Shown piece by piece: positions 46,903 to 55,612 of a stretch of DNA of 62,934 nt. Within the stretch, counting starts at the first letter, position 1; each line of letters begins with the position of its first letter. This DNA comes from Candidatus Omnitrophota bacterium (GTDB taxonomy: Bacteria; Omnitrophota; Gorgyraeia; Zapsychrales; Fredricksoniimonadaceae), in NCBI GenBank assembly GCA_015232565.1, contig JADFZK010000012.1, forward strand, positions 1-62,934. Direction: 5' to 3'. The notes beneath the pieces were generated by a model. That model saw nothing but the letters and a program-made list of their open reading frames with translations. It was not told the DNA's origin and did no database searches. Position numbers and translations under genes: made by a program.

Positions 46903-49900
46903 ATGGCTAAACGGACGTTAAGGTCACAGGGTGCTTTTGATCCGGATCGTTTTATTGCCAGATCCGGTTTTGATCGGCTGCGTTTTGCCCGGCTGGTCCT
47001 GGGTTGGCTTTTTCTTTTTCAGGCTTTTTGTCCGCCTGGTTTGGCCGGAGCGGCTGGTGTGCCGGCGCTGACTTTGCCGGCAGTTACCCTGGCCGGGGGC
47101 GTAAAGCCGTTTGAACCTTGTCGGCTTAAGGGCCTGCGCATTCATCAGGACAATGCTTTTCGCCTGGACTTCCTTATTGATACCGGCAGTTCCACAGCGC
47201 CCAATGATATTAACGAAGAGAAAATATCCCGGCAGGTGCGCTATTTTATGGCGGCGCTGACCATGCCTCAGCGCGAGCAGTGGGTGAACCTATCCCCGTA
47301 TGAGCAGGAACGGATAATGCCGGAAGCTTTTTCCCTTACCGAAATGGGCCGTGATCTGCTGGAACAGGATTATTTGCTTAAAAAGATCACCGCGTCCTTG
47401 CATGATCCCAAGAGTGAGGCCGGCAAGATCTTTTGGCAGAAAGTTTATGCCCGGGTCTTTGACAAGTATGGCACTACCGATATCCCGCTGGATACTTTTA
47501 ACAAGGTCTGGATAGTGCCGGACCTGGCGGTGGTCGAGGAAAAAGGATTTGTGGCTGTTATTAAGGAAAGCCACCTGAAGGTCCTGCTGGAAACAGATTA
47601 CGTCAAGCTGGGCCTGGGCGGAGCCGTAAACCATCCGGAAGAAAATATTGCTGACCTTACGCCCGGCATTGTGCGCGATGTGGCACGCGAGGTGCTTATT
47701 CCCATGATCGAGGAAGAAGTGAACCGCGGTGCGGCGTTTGCTCTTTTGCGTCAGGTGTATAGTTCTATGATCCTGGCGGTTTGGTATAAGGAAGTGATGT
47801 TGCAGAGGCTTCTGGGTCGGGATTATGTGGATCGGCAGAAAGTGAGTGGGATAGACCAGGTCGAGCCCGAGGCCAAGCAGGCGATCTATGAGCGTTATAT
47901 AGAATTATTTAAAAAAGGCGTGGTGAACATGGTGCAGGAGGAATACGACCCGTTTACCAGCGAGATGATTCCGCGCAAGTATTTCTCCGGCGGTTTTGAT
48001 CCATCCCAAATGTCATTAAAACGTATAGCCGCTTCGGCGCTGTCTTTGGGGTTGGTGGGGGCGGCTTTAGTGGCGCGCTTTGATTTAAGTTCGCAAAAAT
48101 CCGGCCAGAGCGGGCCGGCAGCTAAGCCGGCATCGGTAGCGTCGGTAACAAATATGCCGGCCATGACTCCGGAACAGGAGCGTCAGGTAGAAGTTTTTCA
48201 TGATGAGTTGTTAAAGATGCAGGGTGATGTACGGGCCATCGATTGGGGGCGGGATATTATTCTCCGTCCGGGGGTGGCGCCGCAGTACAAGGTGATAGCG
48301 TTCAAGATGTTGTGTGCTGTTATCCTTTCCCAGTCGGAAAGCATTAGCGGGGTGGGTGGTAAAATGCTGGGGCCGATCGAGGCGCTGGACGATAGTATCA
48401 GTCGGCAGGCTTTGGCCCGGGTGATGGATATCCTGGCGCGTAACGACCCGTTATTGTATGAACACGCCACGGAACATGTTGTTTACGTGATGCAATATCT
48501 TCATGATAATAACCCGGCGCTGTTGCGGTCATTTTTTGAGAAGATCGAGCTTAAGAATGTGGTGCATTTGATAGCCAAAGGCAACGGGCTCTACGCGATG
48601 GATTTCCGGACTACTTACAAATTGTATCATGACAGCCTGCAAAAATGGACTCGCTTGAACGGGACGCGGACACTGGGAGTGGAAGAATTCCTGAATAGCG
48701 TGGGCCTGCAGGGCATGGACATGGTGCCTTTTGTGGCCAATCTGGCGGCGTATGGATATTTGGATGATCTGATAAGCGACTCTCCGCTGGTTTTTGTGAA
48801 GGCCTTGCCGGGTTTGTGTTCCAAAGCGAACGAGAAAAGTTTTATCCTCGCCGCTCCGGCTTTGCAGAAAATGCTGCGTACGGAACGGGACGGGCGGATA
48901 AAAGGGATCCTTTGGCAGGTTTATGCCCGTTTGGGAACCAATGTGCCGGAAGCATTAAAGCAATTTATGCGCCTGAATGCGGACGTGTTCTTTGCCGGCG
49001 CGCCGGTGAAAGAGCGCACCGGACCGCTGGCCGAAATACAAGCCGGGGTGTCCCAGGCCGAGCTGGATTCGTTCCAGAAGGTGCCGTACTGGCAGATAGT
49101 AAATAAAGGGGTAATAAATGTCGGGGTGGCTTTTCAGGAATCTTCTTTGGCATATATCGAGCTGTTGAAGAAGCAAATGATAGCGCAGGGCTTCTCGGTG
49201 ACCCCGGGAAAGAAAAAACAGCAGTTCGAGGCGCGCTGGAAAGGCAAGATGTATTCCCTGCGGGTGATAGTGGGCAATGTGGATACTATTGTTGATTCAG
49301 AGCGGGCCGGTGTGTCGTTTGGCGTTGTATCTGCGCGGGGGCATTCTACCGAGATCAAGGATACAATGGAGGCGCTGTTTGGGCTTAAGAATGAGCGCGT
49401 TTTTGTTGGGGCGCCGGGGTCTTGCGCCAGCCGAAAGGTTTTGTATGATCTGTTGCATTCTTATCCCAATTCCCAATGGATAGTGCGTTCGGGACCAGAT
49501 AATGGTAATGACGCCAATTATTTGCTGGCGGGAACAAGCAAACGGAAGGGGGTCTTGCAAGCCCTGGCCGATGGGGTTCCAACATGGAAAGCCGCCAGTG
49601 AACAGTATTTGCCGCAGAACAGGTTTTCGTCGTATACGGATCCGGTGGCTTATTTGACCAGCCAGGCCAATAGCAAAGCGCCTTTGCCGCGTCTGTTGAC
49701 TGCTAATAATTATCCTTCAGACCATGGCCAGCTGACCCCCGGTGGTATCGACCTTAATCCGGCGACCCTGGCTCTTCAGCGGCAGGGTAATCTGAATTCT
49801 GCCGAGATCAGTCCGGCCATGGATAATGCCATGAATGTAGAAAGTTTGTACCCGGTCATGGTGGAAATGTACCCGCTGGGCGCGCAGTCTTTCGGGCAGA

Positions 49901-49908
49901 ATCCATGA
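46903..49908 (+). CDS. Modular exported protein B (conserved N-domain + putative His/Cys peptidase-like cargo + GGID C-module)
   Basis: GGAG RBS; TM/signal; WVNLSPYE, MGRDLLEQDY, FNKVWIVP, IPRKYFSGG; ARGHS...PGSCAS; GGIDL. Confidence 0.85.
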   Translation: MAKRTLRSQGAFDPDRFIARSGFDRLRFARLVLGWLFLFQAFCPPGLAGAAGVPALTLPAVTLAGGVKPFEPCRLKGLRIHQDNAFRLDFLIDTGSSTAPNDINEEKISRQVRYFMAALTMPQREQWVNLSPYEQERIMPEAFSLTEMGRDLLEQDYLLKKITASLHDPKSEAGKIFWQKVYARVFDKYGTTDIPLDTFNKVWIVPDLAVVEEKGFVAVIKESHLKVLLETDYVKLGLGGAVNHPEENIADLTPGIVRDVAREVLIPMIEEEVNRGAAFALLRQVYSSMILAVWYKEVMLQRLLGRDYVDRQKVSGIDQVEPEAKQAIYERYIELFKKGVVNMVQEEYDPFTSEMIPRKYFSGGFDPSQMSLKRIAASALSLGLVGAALVARFDLSSQKSGQSGPAAKPASVASVTNMPAMTPEQERQVEVFHDELLKMQGDVRAIDWGRDIILRPGVAPQYKVIAFKMLCAVILSQSESISGVGGKMLGPIEALDDSISRQALARVMDILARNDPLLYEHATEHVVYVMQYLHDNNPALLRSFFEKIELKNVVHLIAKGNGLYAMDFRTTYKLYHDSLQKWTRLNGTRTLGVEEFLNSVGLQGMDMVPFVANLAAYGYLDDLISDSPLVFVKALPGLCSKANEKSFILAAPALQKMLRTERDGRIKGILWQVYARLGTNVPEALKQFMRLNADVFFAGAPVKERTGPLAEIQAGVSQAELDSFQKVPYWQIVNKGVINVGVAFQESSLAYIELLKKQMIAQGFSVTPGKKKQQFEARWKGKMYSLRVIVGNVDTIVDSERAGVSFGVVSARGHSTEIKDTMEALFGLKNERVFVGAPGSCASRKVLYDLLHSYPNSQWIVRSGPDNGNDANYLLAGTSKRKGVLQALADGVPTWKAASEQYLPQNRFSSYTDPVAYLTSQANSKAPLPRLLTANNYPSDHGQLTPGGIDLNPATLALQRQGNLNSAEISPAMDNAMNVESLYPVMVEMYPLGAQSFGQNP

Positions 49909-50015
49909 TCTGAGGACAATTTTTTTTCGCCGCAAATTGGCAAAGTGGCGTTTTATGTTCTATACTTGCGCATAAGCTTGCATCTTTGGCTATCCAACAA
50001 TAACCTGAGGGGAAT

Positions 50016-53000
50016 ATGGACACAATTAAACGCTTTATTGCTGTATTAATTTTGGTGCCGTTTTTGCTGACCACGGTTACTCCGGTGGCAATGTCGGCGG
50101 ACTTGCCCTGGATGCCCCAGCCGGGCGCTATGGTGGGTTTGAGCGCGCCTTTTGTGCCGGCTCATCTTTGGGGCATGACCATCAAGCCCAATGAGCCTTT
50201 TAAGTTCGATTTTCTGGTTAAAAAAGGCGATGTGCTTCTTAATGAGGAGCAGAAACGAAGTGAATATTCCCGGCTCATCAAGTATTTCCTGGCCGCCCTG
50301 GCCATTCCGGATACCGATCAATGGGTGAACCTTTCGCCGTATGAACAAAACCGGATCGTTCCTGACAATTTCGGCCTTACCGAGATGGGCCGTGATCTTT
50401 TGGCGCAGGATTATCTGTTAAAACAGCTTTCTTCGTCTCTGACCGATCCGGGCAGTGAGTTGGGCCAGAAGTTTTGGGCTAATGTGTATGAGGAAGCTCA
50501 TAAGCGTTTCGGTACCACCGATGTGCCCGCCGATATGTATAGCAAGGTTTGGATAACTCCCGACAAAGCGGTGGTTTATGAAAAGAATAATACTGTTTAT
50601 ATACTGGAAAGTCATTTGAAGGTCATGACCGAGCAAGATTACCTGGCTGCTCAGCACAATAGCGCGGTCTCGCCGGCGGTCGTGCCCGATTCCCAGGCCA
50701 GGGAGTTGGCCGATATTTCTTCCCGGGTCTTGAAAGAGGTGATCATTCCCGCTATTGAGAAAGAAGTGAACGAGGGCAAAAGTTTTGCGCCTTTACGGCA
50801 GGTTTACAGCGGGATGCTTTTGGCTACCTGGTACAAGAAGGCCTTGAAAGAGTCAATTCTGGGCAAGCTATACGCCGACCGGAGTAAAGTTAAGGGCGTC
50901 GACCAGGATCCCCGTGCCAACCAGGAAATTTACGGCAAGTATGTTGAAGCGTTCAAAAAAGGCGTCTTTAACCTGATAAAAGAAGATGTGGACCGCAATA
51001 CCCAGGAAGTAATTCCGCGGAAGTATTTTTCCGGTGGATTTGACAATGCTTCGGCGGCGGTTATGAGCAAGGCAGACAATGTTGCGATAGTTGATCAAGC
51101 GCTTTCTAACGCCAGAGGAGGAAACACCGAGGTCGTGGAAGCCGATCTGGCGCGGGCCAATCAATTGGAGTGGAAGAGGCTTTACGGACGGCTTAATGGG
51201 TTAACGCCAGGCTCCAGGGTGAGTTTTAATTATGAAATGAAATACGGAACAGGAGAGACTGCGAGCGCTAAAGTTTCTGGTCAGGTGGTGGCTATTAATC
51301 CGGATAATGCTTTGCAGTTGAGAGTGACGAAAAGGGGTTCAAAGAGAACGGAATTGGAATGGTATAATTTCAGTAGAATTCAAGATAGTGTTTTGACTTT
51401 TGGAGTTCCCGGAGCGTCAGACGTGCCTAATGTGCCAGCCTCTGCAAATGACGGAGCGGCGGCGGTGTCGTTGTCGGACCGAATGATGGATGTGCCCCCG
51501 AGGGTTACAGTAATATCGGAAGCCATTCGTATTTTCAAGCGGTTGCCGGGTGCGCGTGGTTCGGACTTGAGCGTGGAGTTTCCTGCAAAATATAAGGGAG
51601 TTACGATTGAAGATGTTGGCGGCGTTTCGTACCTGATGTGGCGTAATAAAAAAGGAATACCGGAGAGGCTGGGGCAAGTTAAGTTTGGAAGATACGATAC
51701 TGAGGTTCATTCATATGTTCCCGATATGCTTTTAAGCGCCAGATTAAACAGGTCGGTTAAAAGCCGGGTTTTGTTGTCTGGGCAGGGAAGTCCGCTTAGG
51801 AAGACTTTGGCGCAACAGTGGTTAATGGAGCCGCAGGTATTGAAAAATGATGAGCCGATCGAGCACCGTTTGGGAGTAACGAAAGGACAGGGCGTGCGGT
51901 ATCTTTTTGAACTTCCTCCTGGCTATACGGATGGGAGAGTTCAACACGAGGATGATAAAGAATACATTATGGCCACCGATCCGCGGGGTATTCGCCGGAC
52001 CATGGGCTGGATAAGTGCTCATTTGGGGTCGGTGGAGGCGGTGCATTCCAATGTTAATGGCTTGCTTTGGGCGGCCCGGGCTAATGATACCGGCAAGACC
52101 AGTTTTAGCGTTCTGCCCAGCATGTTTGATAGAGATGAGAGGTCGTTAAAAAAGAGGCTTGCTCAGGAGTGGTTGTTTGAGCCGAAGTGGTATATTATGA
52201 ATGATGGTTATTCTGATCTACGGGTTGGAAAAGAAATTGTGGAGCAGATAGTTGAGCTTCCTTTGGGTTATTCCGACGGACGCATTGATATTAATGAATT
52301 TAATCTGCCTGTTGTGAGCGCGCGTTACAAAGGCGGCAAGCGTAGCGTCGTGGCTATATTTGAGTCTGGGGACATAATCAAGTTTAAGTCTATGATCGCT
52401 CACCTTGTTGTGGCGGCCAGAATTGTTAAGACCGGCAAGAGCCGGGTAGTTTTGGCTGGTAAAGATCGTCCATTAAGTCAGAGGATGTCCAGGGAGTGGC
52501 ATACGGAGCCGCAACAGGTTGGCTCGAATAAGACTGAGTGGGTTGCCACAAGAGTGCGCAGATGGCCAGGGATTGAGGTAGTGATTGAGGTTCCGGACTT
52601 ATATAGCGAACCGTTTCTAGTTAGCAACAAAAGCTTGGAAGGCGGATCATTTATCAAAGCATATAACAAGGCGGGAAGAATTGTTCCTTTGGGTCGGATC
52701 AACCTTACACGAACCAAACATCTTATGGTGCATTCATATGTTGAAGGCTTGATTTTTGCGATCAAGGATACTACTGAAACCAAGAATGTTAATGTGGTTT
52801 TGCAGTCCAGCGATAAGGCCGCGGGTGATGCAGATGCGGCAGTCACGACGGTGGCCGCCAAGGCGCCTACCGGCGGTATCGACCTGGCGCAATCCGCTTT
52901 GAGTATGCAGATCAAACGCGACGGGGCGGGCGTACCCCTGCCGGTCAGTCAGCAAGACCTGGACAGTATTCATATCGAAGGCCTGGTACCGGTGATCACC

Positions 53001-53048
53001 GGCATCCGGTCGGCCGTCAACGCGCCGCAGTTCTCGGCCTTGCCGTAA
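50016..53048 (+). CDS. Modular exported protein C (conserved N-domain + 4x ~112-aa repeat cargo + GGID C-module)
   Basis: Signal peptide; WVNLSPYE, MGRDLLAQDY, KVWITP, IPRKYFSGG; internal repeats; GGIDL. Confidence 0.85.
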   Translation: MDTIKRFIAVLILVPFLLTTVTPVAMSADLPWMPQPGAMVGLSAPFVPAHLWGMTIKPNEPFKFDFLVKKGDVLLNEEQKRSEYSRLIKYFLAALAIPDTDQWVNLSPYEQNRIVPDNFGLTEMGRDLLAQDYLLKQLSSSLTDPGSELGQKFWANVYEEAHKRFGTTDVPADMYSKVWITPDKAVVYEKNNTVYILESHLKVMTEQDYLAAQHNSAVSPAVVPDSQARELADISSRVLKEVIIPAIEKEVNEGKSFAPLRQVYSGMLLATWYKKALKESILGKLYADRSKVKGVDQDPRANQEIYGKYVEAFKKGVFNLIKEDVDRNTQEVIPRKYFSGGFDNASAAVMSKADNVAIVDQALSNARGGNTEVVEADLARANQLEWKRLYGRLNGLTPGSRVSFNYEMKYGTGETASAKVSGQVVAINPDNALQLRVTKRGSKRTELEWYNFSRIQDSVLTFGVPGASDVPNVPASANDGAAAVSLSDRMMDVPPRVTVISEAIRIFKRLPGARGSDLSVEFPAKYKGVTIEDVGGVSYLMWRNKKGIPERLGQVKFGRYDTEVHSYVPDMLLSARLNRSVKSRVLLSGQGSPLRKTLAQQWLMEPQVLKNDEPIEHRLGVTKGQGVRYLFELPPGYTDGRVQHEDDKEYIMATDPRGIRRTMGWISAHLGSVEAVHSNVNGLLWAARANDTGKTSFSVLPSMFDRDERSLKKRLAQEWLFEPKWYIMNDGYSDLRVGKEIVEQIVELPLGYSDGRIDINEFNLPVVSARYKGGKRSVVAIFESGDIIKFKSMIAHLVVAARIVKTGKSRVVLAGKDRPLSQRMSREWHTEPQQVGSNKTEWVATRVRRWPGIEVVIEVPDLYSEPFLVSNKSLEGGSFIKAYNKAGRIVPLGRINLTRTKHLMVHSYVEGLIFAIKDTTETKNVNVVLQSSDKAAGDADAAVTTVAAKAPTGGIDLAQSALSMQIKRDGAGVPLPVSQQDLDSIHIEGLVPVITGIRSAVNAPQFSALP

Positions 53049-53074
53049 ACTGGACGTTATTTTTTGAAGTAGCA

Positions 53075-53131
53075 AAAAGTCCTTTCTTTAACCCGGATTT
53101 TGCATTAGTCCGTGAAAGAGAAAGGACTTTT
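53075..53131. terminator. Probable intrinsic (possibly bidirectional) terminator
   Basis: AAAAGTCCTTTCT / AGAAAGGACTTTT 13-bp arms with inner CGGA/TCCG stem, just after protein C stop. Confidence 0.6.
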
Positions 53132-53201
53132 GTGTTACAATTGCCCGATATGAGGCCAGAGGCCTGTTAATCTCTTTTATCCCGGGGCAATAACGGCAAG
53201 C

Positions 53202-54719
53202 ATGTCGATAGTACTCATTAACCCGAATCTGGTGGTGCAAAAGAGCGATCCGCTTACTACGGGTGTGGTGTATATGCCAGTCACGCTGGCGTATACTGCG
53301 GGCGCTTTGCGCGGGGCGGGCGTGCCGTTTAAAGTGATCGATAGTTATGGCCTGGCGCCGCTTAAGGCGCGCGCTGTCGGCGCTTTCTGGTGGTTCGGGC
53401 TTTCAGCCGCGGATATACTGGCTCGCCTGCCGTCGGACCCCACGGCGTTCATTCTCTACGCTATTAATCTTACTAATCATTTATCCACAGTTGCTATCGC
53501 CCGCAGTTTAAAGCAAGCTTTCCCGCAGGTGCCTTTGGTCATCCTGGAGAATCCGCACGCGGTTACTGCTTATTCCTTGAATGAAGTGAAGGCCGAGTTC
53601 TTTGCGGCCGGGGCGGATTTTATTCTGACCGGAAATTCCGAACGCTCGGCCGTGGAGCTGGCCCATTGCTGGTCGGGCGCTCTGCCGGTTGACAGCTACC
53701 GGGAGATCGCTGGATTGGGCACGCGCGAGTTTTATAATCCGCCGCGTCCGGCTTATGAGCTTGACGCTTTGCCCTATCCGGCCTGGGAGCTTTTCCCTTT
53801 GGCAAATTATTGGCGCTTGCGTTTTGCGCATGGGCCATTGACCGGCCGCCGATATTTGCCATTACTAACTTCCCGCGGCTGTCCGTATGCCTGCCGTTTT
53901 TGTGTTACGCCTGCGGTGGCGGAGCGGCACTGGCTGGGGCGGGAAGCGGCGGCGGTGGTTGACGAGATGGGCCACTGGCAAAAGACCCTGGGTGTGGACG
54001 AGTTCCATATTGAAGACCTTAATCCGACGGTATCCGAGGAGCGGATCCGCACTATGTGCCAGGCGATCATTGACCGGGGGCTTAAGCTCACCTGGAAGCT
54101 GGTGGCGGGCACCAAGGCCGAGACTATTAAAAGCGCCGCTACCGTGGAGCTCATGGCCCGGGCCGGTTGTCGTTATGTTTCCATATCGCCGGAAACGGGT
54201 TCCCCGCGGGTTTTACAAGCTATGAATAAACCTTTTGATGTGCCGCATGCCCTGGGTCTTTTAGGGTGGTTGCGGGCGGCGGGCATATTTTCCCAGGTGT
54301 GTTTTGTGATCGGCTTTCCCGGGGAGGAAGATGCCGACCGGGAGCTTACTGCGGCCCTGGTGCGGACCGCCGTGCGCCAGGGCGCGGATGAGATCGCGCT
54401 GTTTCTGGCCACTCCGGTGCCGGGCTCCGCGATATTTAAGGAATTAAATGGCTATCGCTCGCTTTCGGAGTTAAACTTTTCTCCGGTTTGGCGTGCGGAT
54501 TATGCCCGCTTGAATGCTTTTCGCGGACGGTTGTATTTGCGTTTTCTGTGGTGGAAGTTTTGGTGCCGTCCGGGCGCTTTGCTCGTACAGCCCGGGCGTT
54601 TTCTGGCGCGGCGGTTCGCGACCAAGATGGAAATGGTGCCGTATCGCGCTATCGTGCTGGCTGTGGCCGGCCGATGGGGGCATTTTATTGCAAGCCTTAA
54701 AGGAGAAAAGGCGTTATGA
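53202..54719 (+). CDS. B12-binding radical SAM protein
   Basis: YMPVTLAY, TSRGCPYACRFC, IEDLN, SPETGS, GFPGE. Confidence 0.85.
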   Translation: MSIVLINPNLVVQKSDPLTTGVVYMPVTLAYTAGALRGAGVPFKVIDSYGLAPLKARAVGAFWWFGLSAADILARLPSDPTAFILYAINLTNHLSTVAIARSLKQAFPQVPLVILENPHAVTAYSLNEVKAEFFAAGADFILTGNSERSAVELAHCWSGALPVDSYREIAGLGTREFYNPPRPAYELDALPYPAWELFPLANYWRLRFAHGPLTGRRYLPLLTSRGCPYACRFCVTPAVAERHWLGREAAAVVDEMGHWQKTLGVDEFHIEDLNPTVSEERIRTMCQAIIDRGLKLTWKLVAGTKAETIKSAATVELMARAGCRYVSISPETGSPRVLQAMNKPFDVPHALGLLGWLRAAGIFSQVCFVIGFPGEEDADRELTAALVRTAVRQGADEIALFLATPVPGSAIFKELNGYRSLSELNFSPVWRADYARLNAFRGRLYLRFLWWKFWCRPGALLVQPGRFLARRFATKMEMVPYRAIVLAVAGRWGHFIASLKGEKAL

Positions 54720-55612
54720 GCCAGCGTATCGTGGTGGCGATCCCTTGTTACAATGAAGAAGCGGCGATCGTGAATGTTATTGCCGACTTTCAGTTCAATC
54801 TGCCCGAGGCGGAAATACACGTGTTTAACAACGCGTCTACCGACCGCAGTGCGGAGCTGGCGGCCGGGGCGGGCGCGGTAGTCCACGAGGTTTGCCGCCG
54901 CGGCAAGGGCAATGTGATGCGCCAGATCCTGAATACTTTTATGGCCGACGCGATTATTATTGTGGACGGTGACGGCACTTATCTGGCCAAGGACGCGCGG
55001 CGCCTGCTGGCGCCGGTGCTGGCGGCTAAGGCCGATATGGCCGTGGGCAGCCGTCTGGAGAATGCCGATCCTACGGCGCTGGTGCAAATGCATCGTTTTG
55101 GCAATGAGGTTATTGTTTCGGCGATCAACCTGGCTTTTGGTACTTCTTTCGAGGATGTGCTTTCCGGTTATCGCTGTTTAAGCCGGCGCTTTGTGGAAGA
55201 GGTACCGCTGTTGACCCCGGGTTTTGAGACCGAGGTGGAGCTGACCCTGCAGGCCCTGGAGGACGATATGGAGATCGTCGAGATCCCGATATCTTACCGC
55301 AGCCGGGCCGCCAACAGCCATTCCAAGCTGAGGCCTTTTGCCGACGGCTGGCGGATAATCATCACTATTGCCATGTTATTAAGGGACCATTACCCCCTGC
55401 GGTTCCATTTTGGGGCCGGCGGGTTTTTGTTCATTCTGGCCGCGGCGCTGTTGCTGGGCCAGCAGGTCCTGATGGCGGCGTTCCTGGGCCTGGTGGGCTT
55501 TATGGTCATCGGGCAGGGTTTCTTGTTGAACACTATCGGAACCCGGTTCCGTGAATATAAACAGGTGGATCTACGTTTAAGGAGGTTCGAAGATGAGCGC
55601 AGGCGCAAATGA
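54716..55612 (+). CDS. GT2 glycosyltransferase with two C-terminal TMs
   Basis: IPCYNEE, NASTDRS, RGKG, VDGDGTY, DVLSGYR, GFETEVE. Confidence 0.88.
   Translation: MSQRIVVAIPCYNEEAAIVNVIADFQFNLPEAEIHVFNNASTDRSAELAAGAGAVVHEVCRRGKGNVMRQILNTFMADAIIIVDGDGTYLAKDARRLLAPVLAAKADMAVGSRLENADPTALVQMHRFGNEVIVSAINLAFGTSFEDVLSGYRCLSRRFVEEVPLLTPGFETEVELTLQALEDDMEIVEIPISYRSRAANSHSKLRPFADGWRIIITIAMLLRDHYPLRFHFGAGGFLFILAAALLLGQQVLMAAFLGLVGFMVIGQGFLLNTIGTRFREYKQVDLRLRRFEDERRRK

Noticed and set aside
43600-53048. Classical toxin-immunity (Rhs/CDI/MafB) locus
   Set aside because: No Rhs/YD or haemagglutinin repeats, the variable part is internal rather than C-terminal, and there are no small downstream immunity ORFs
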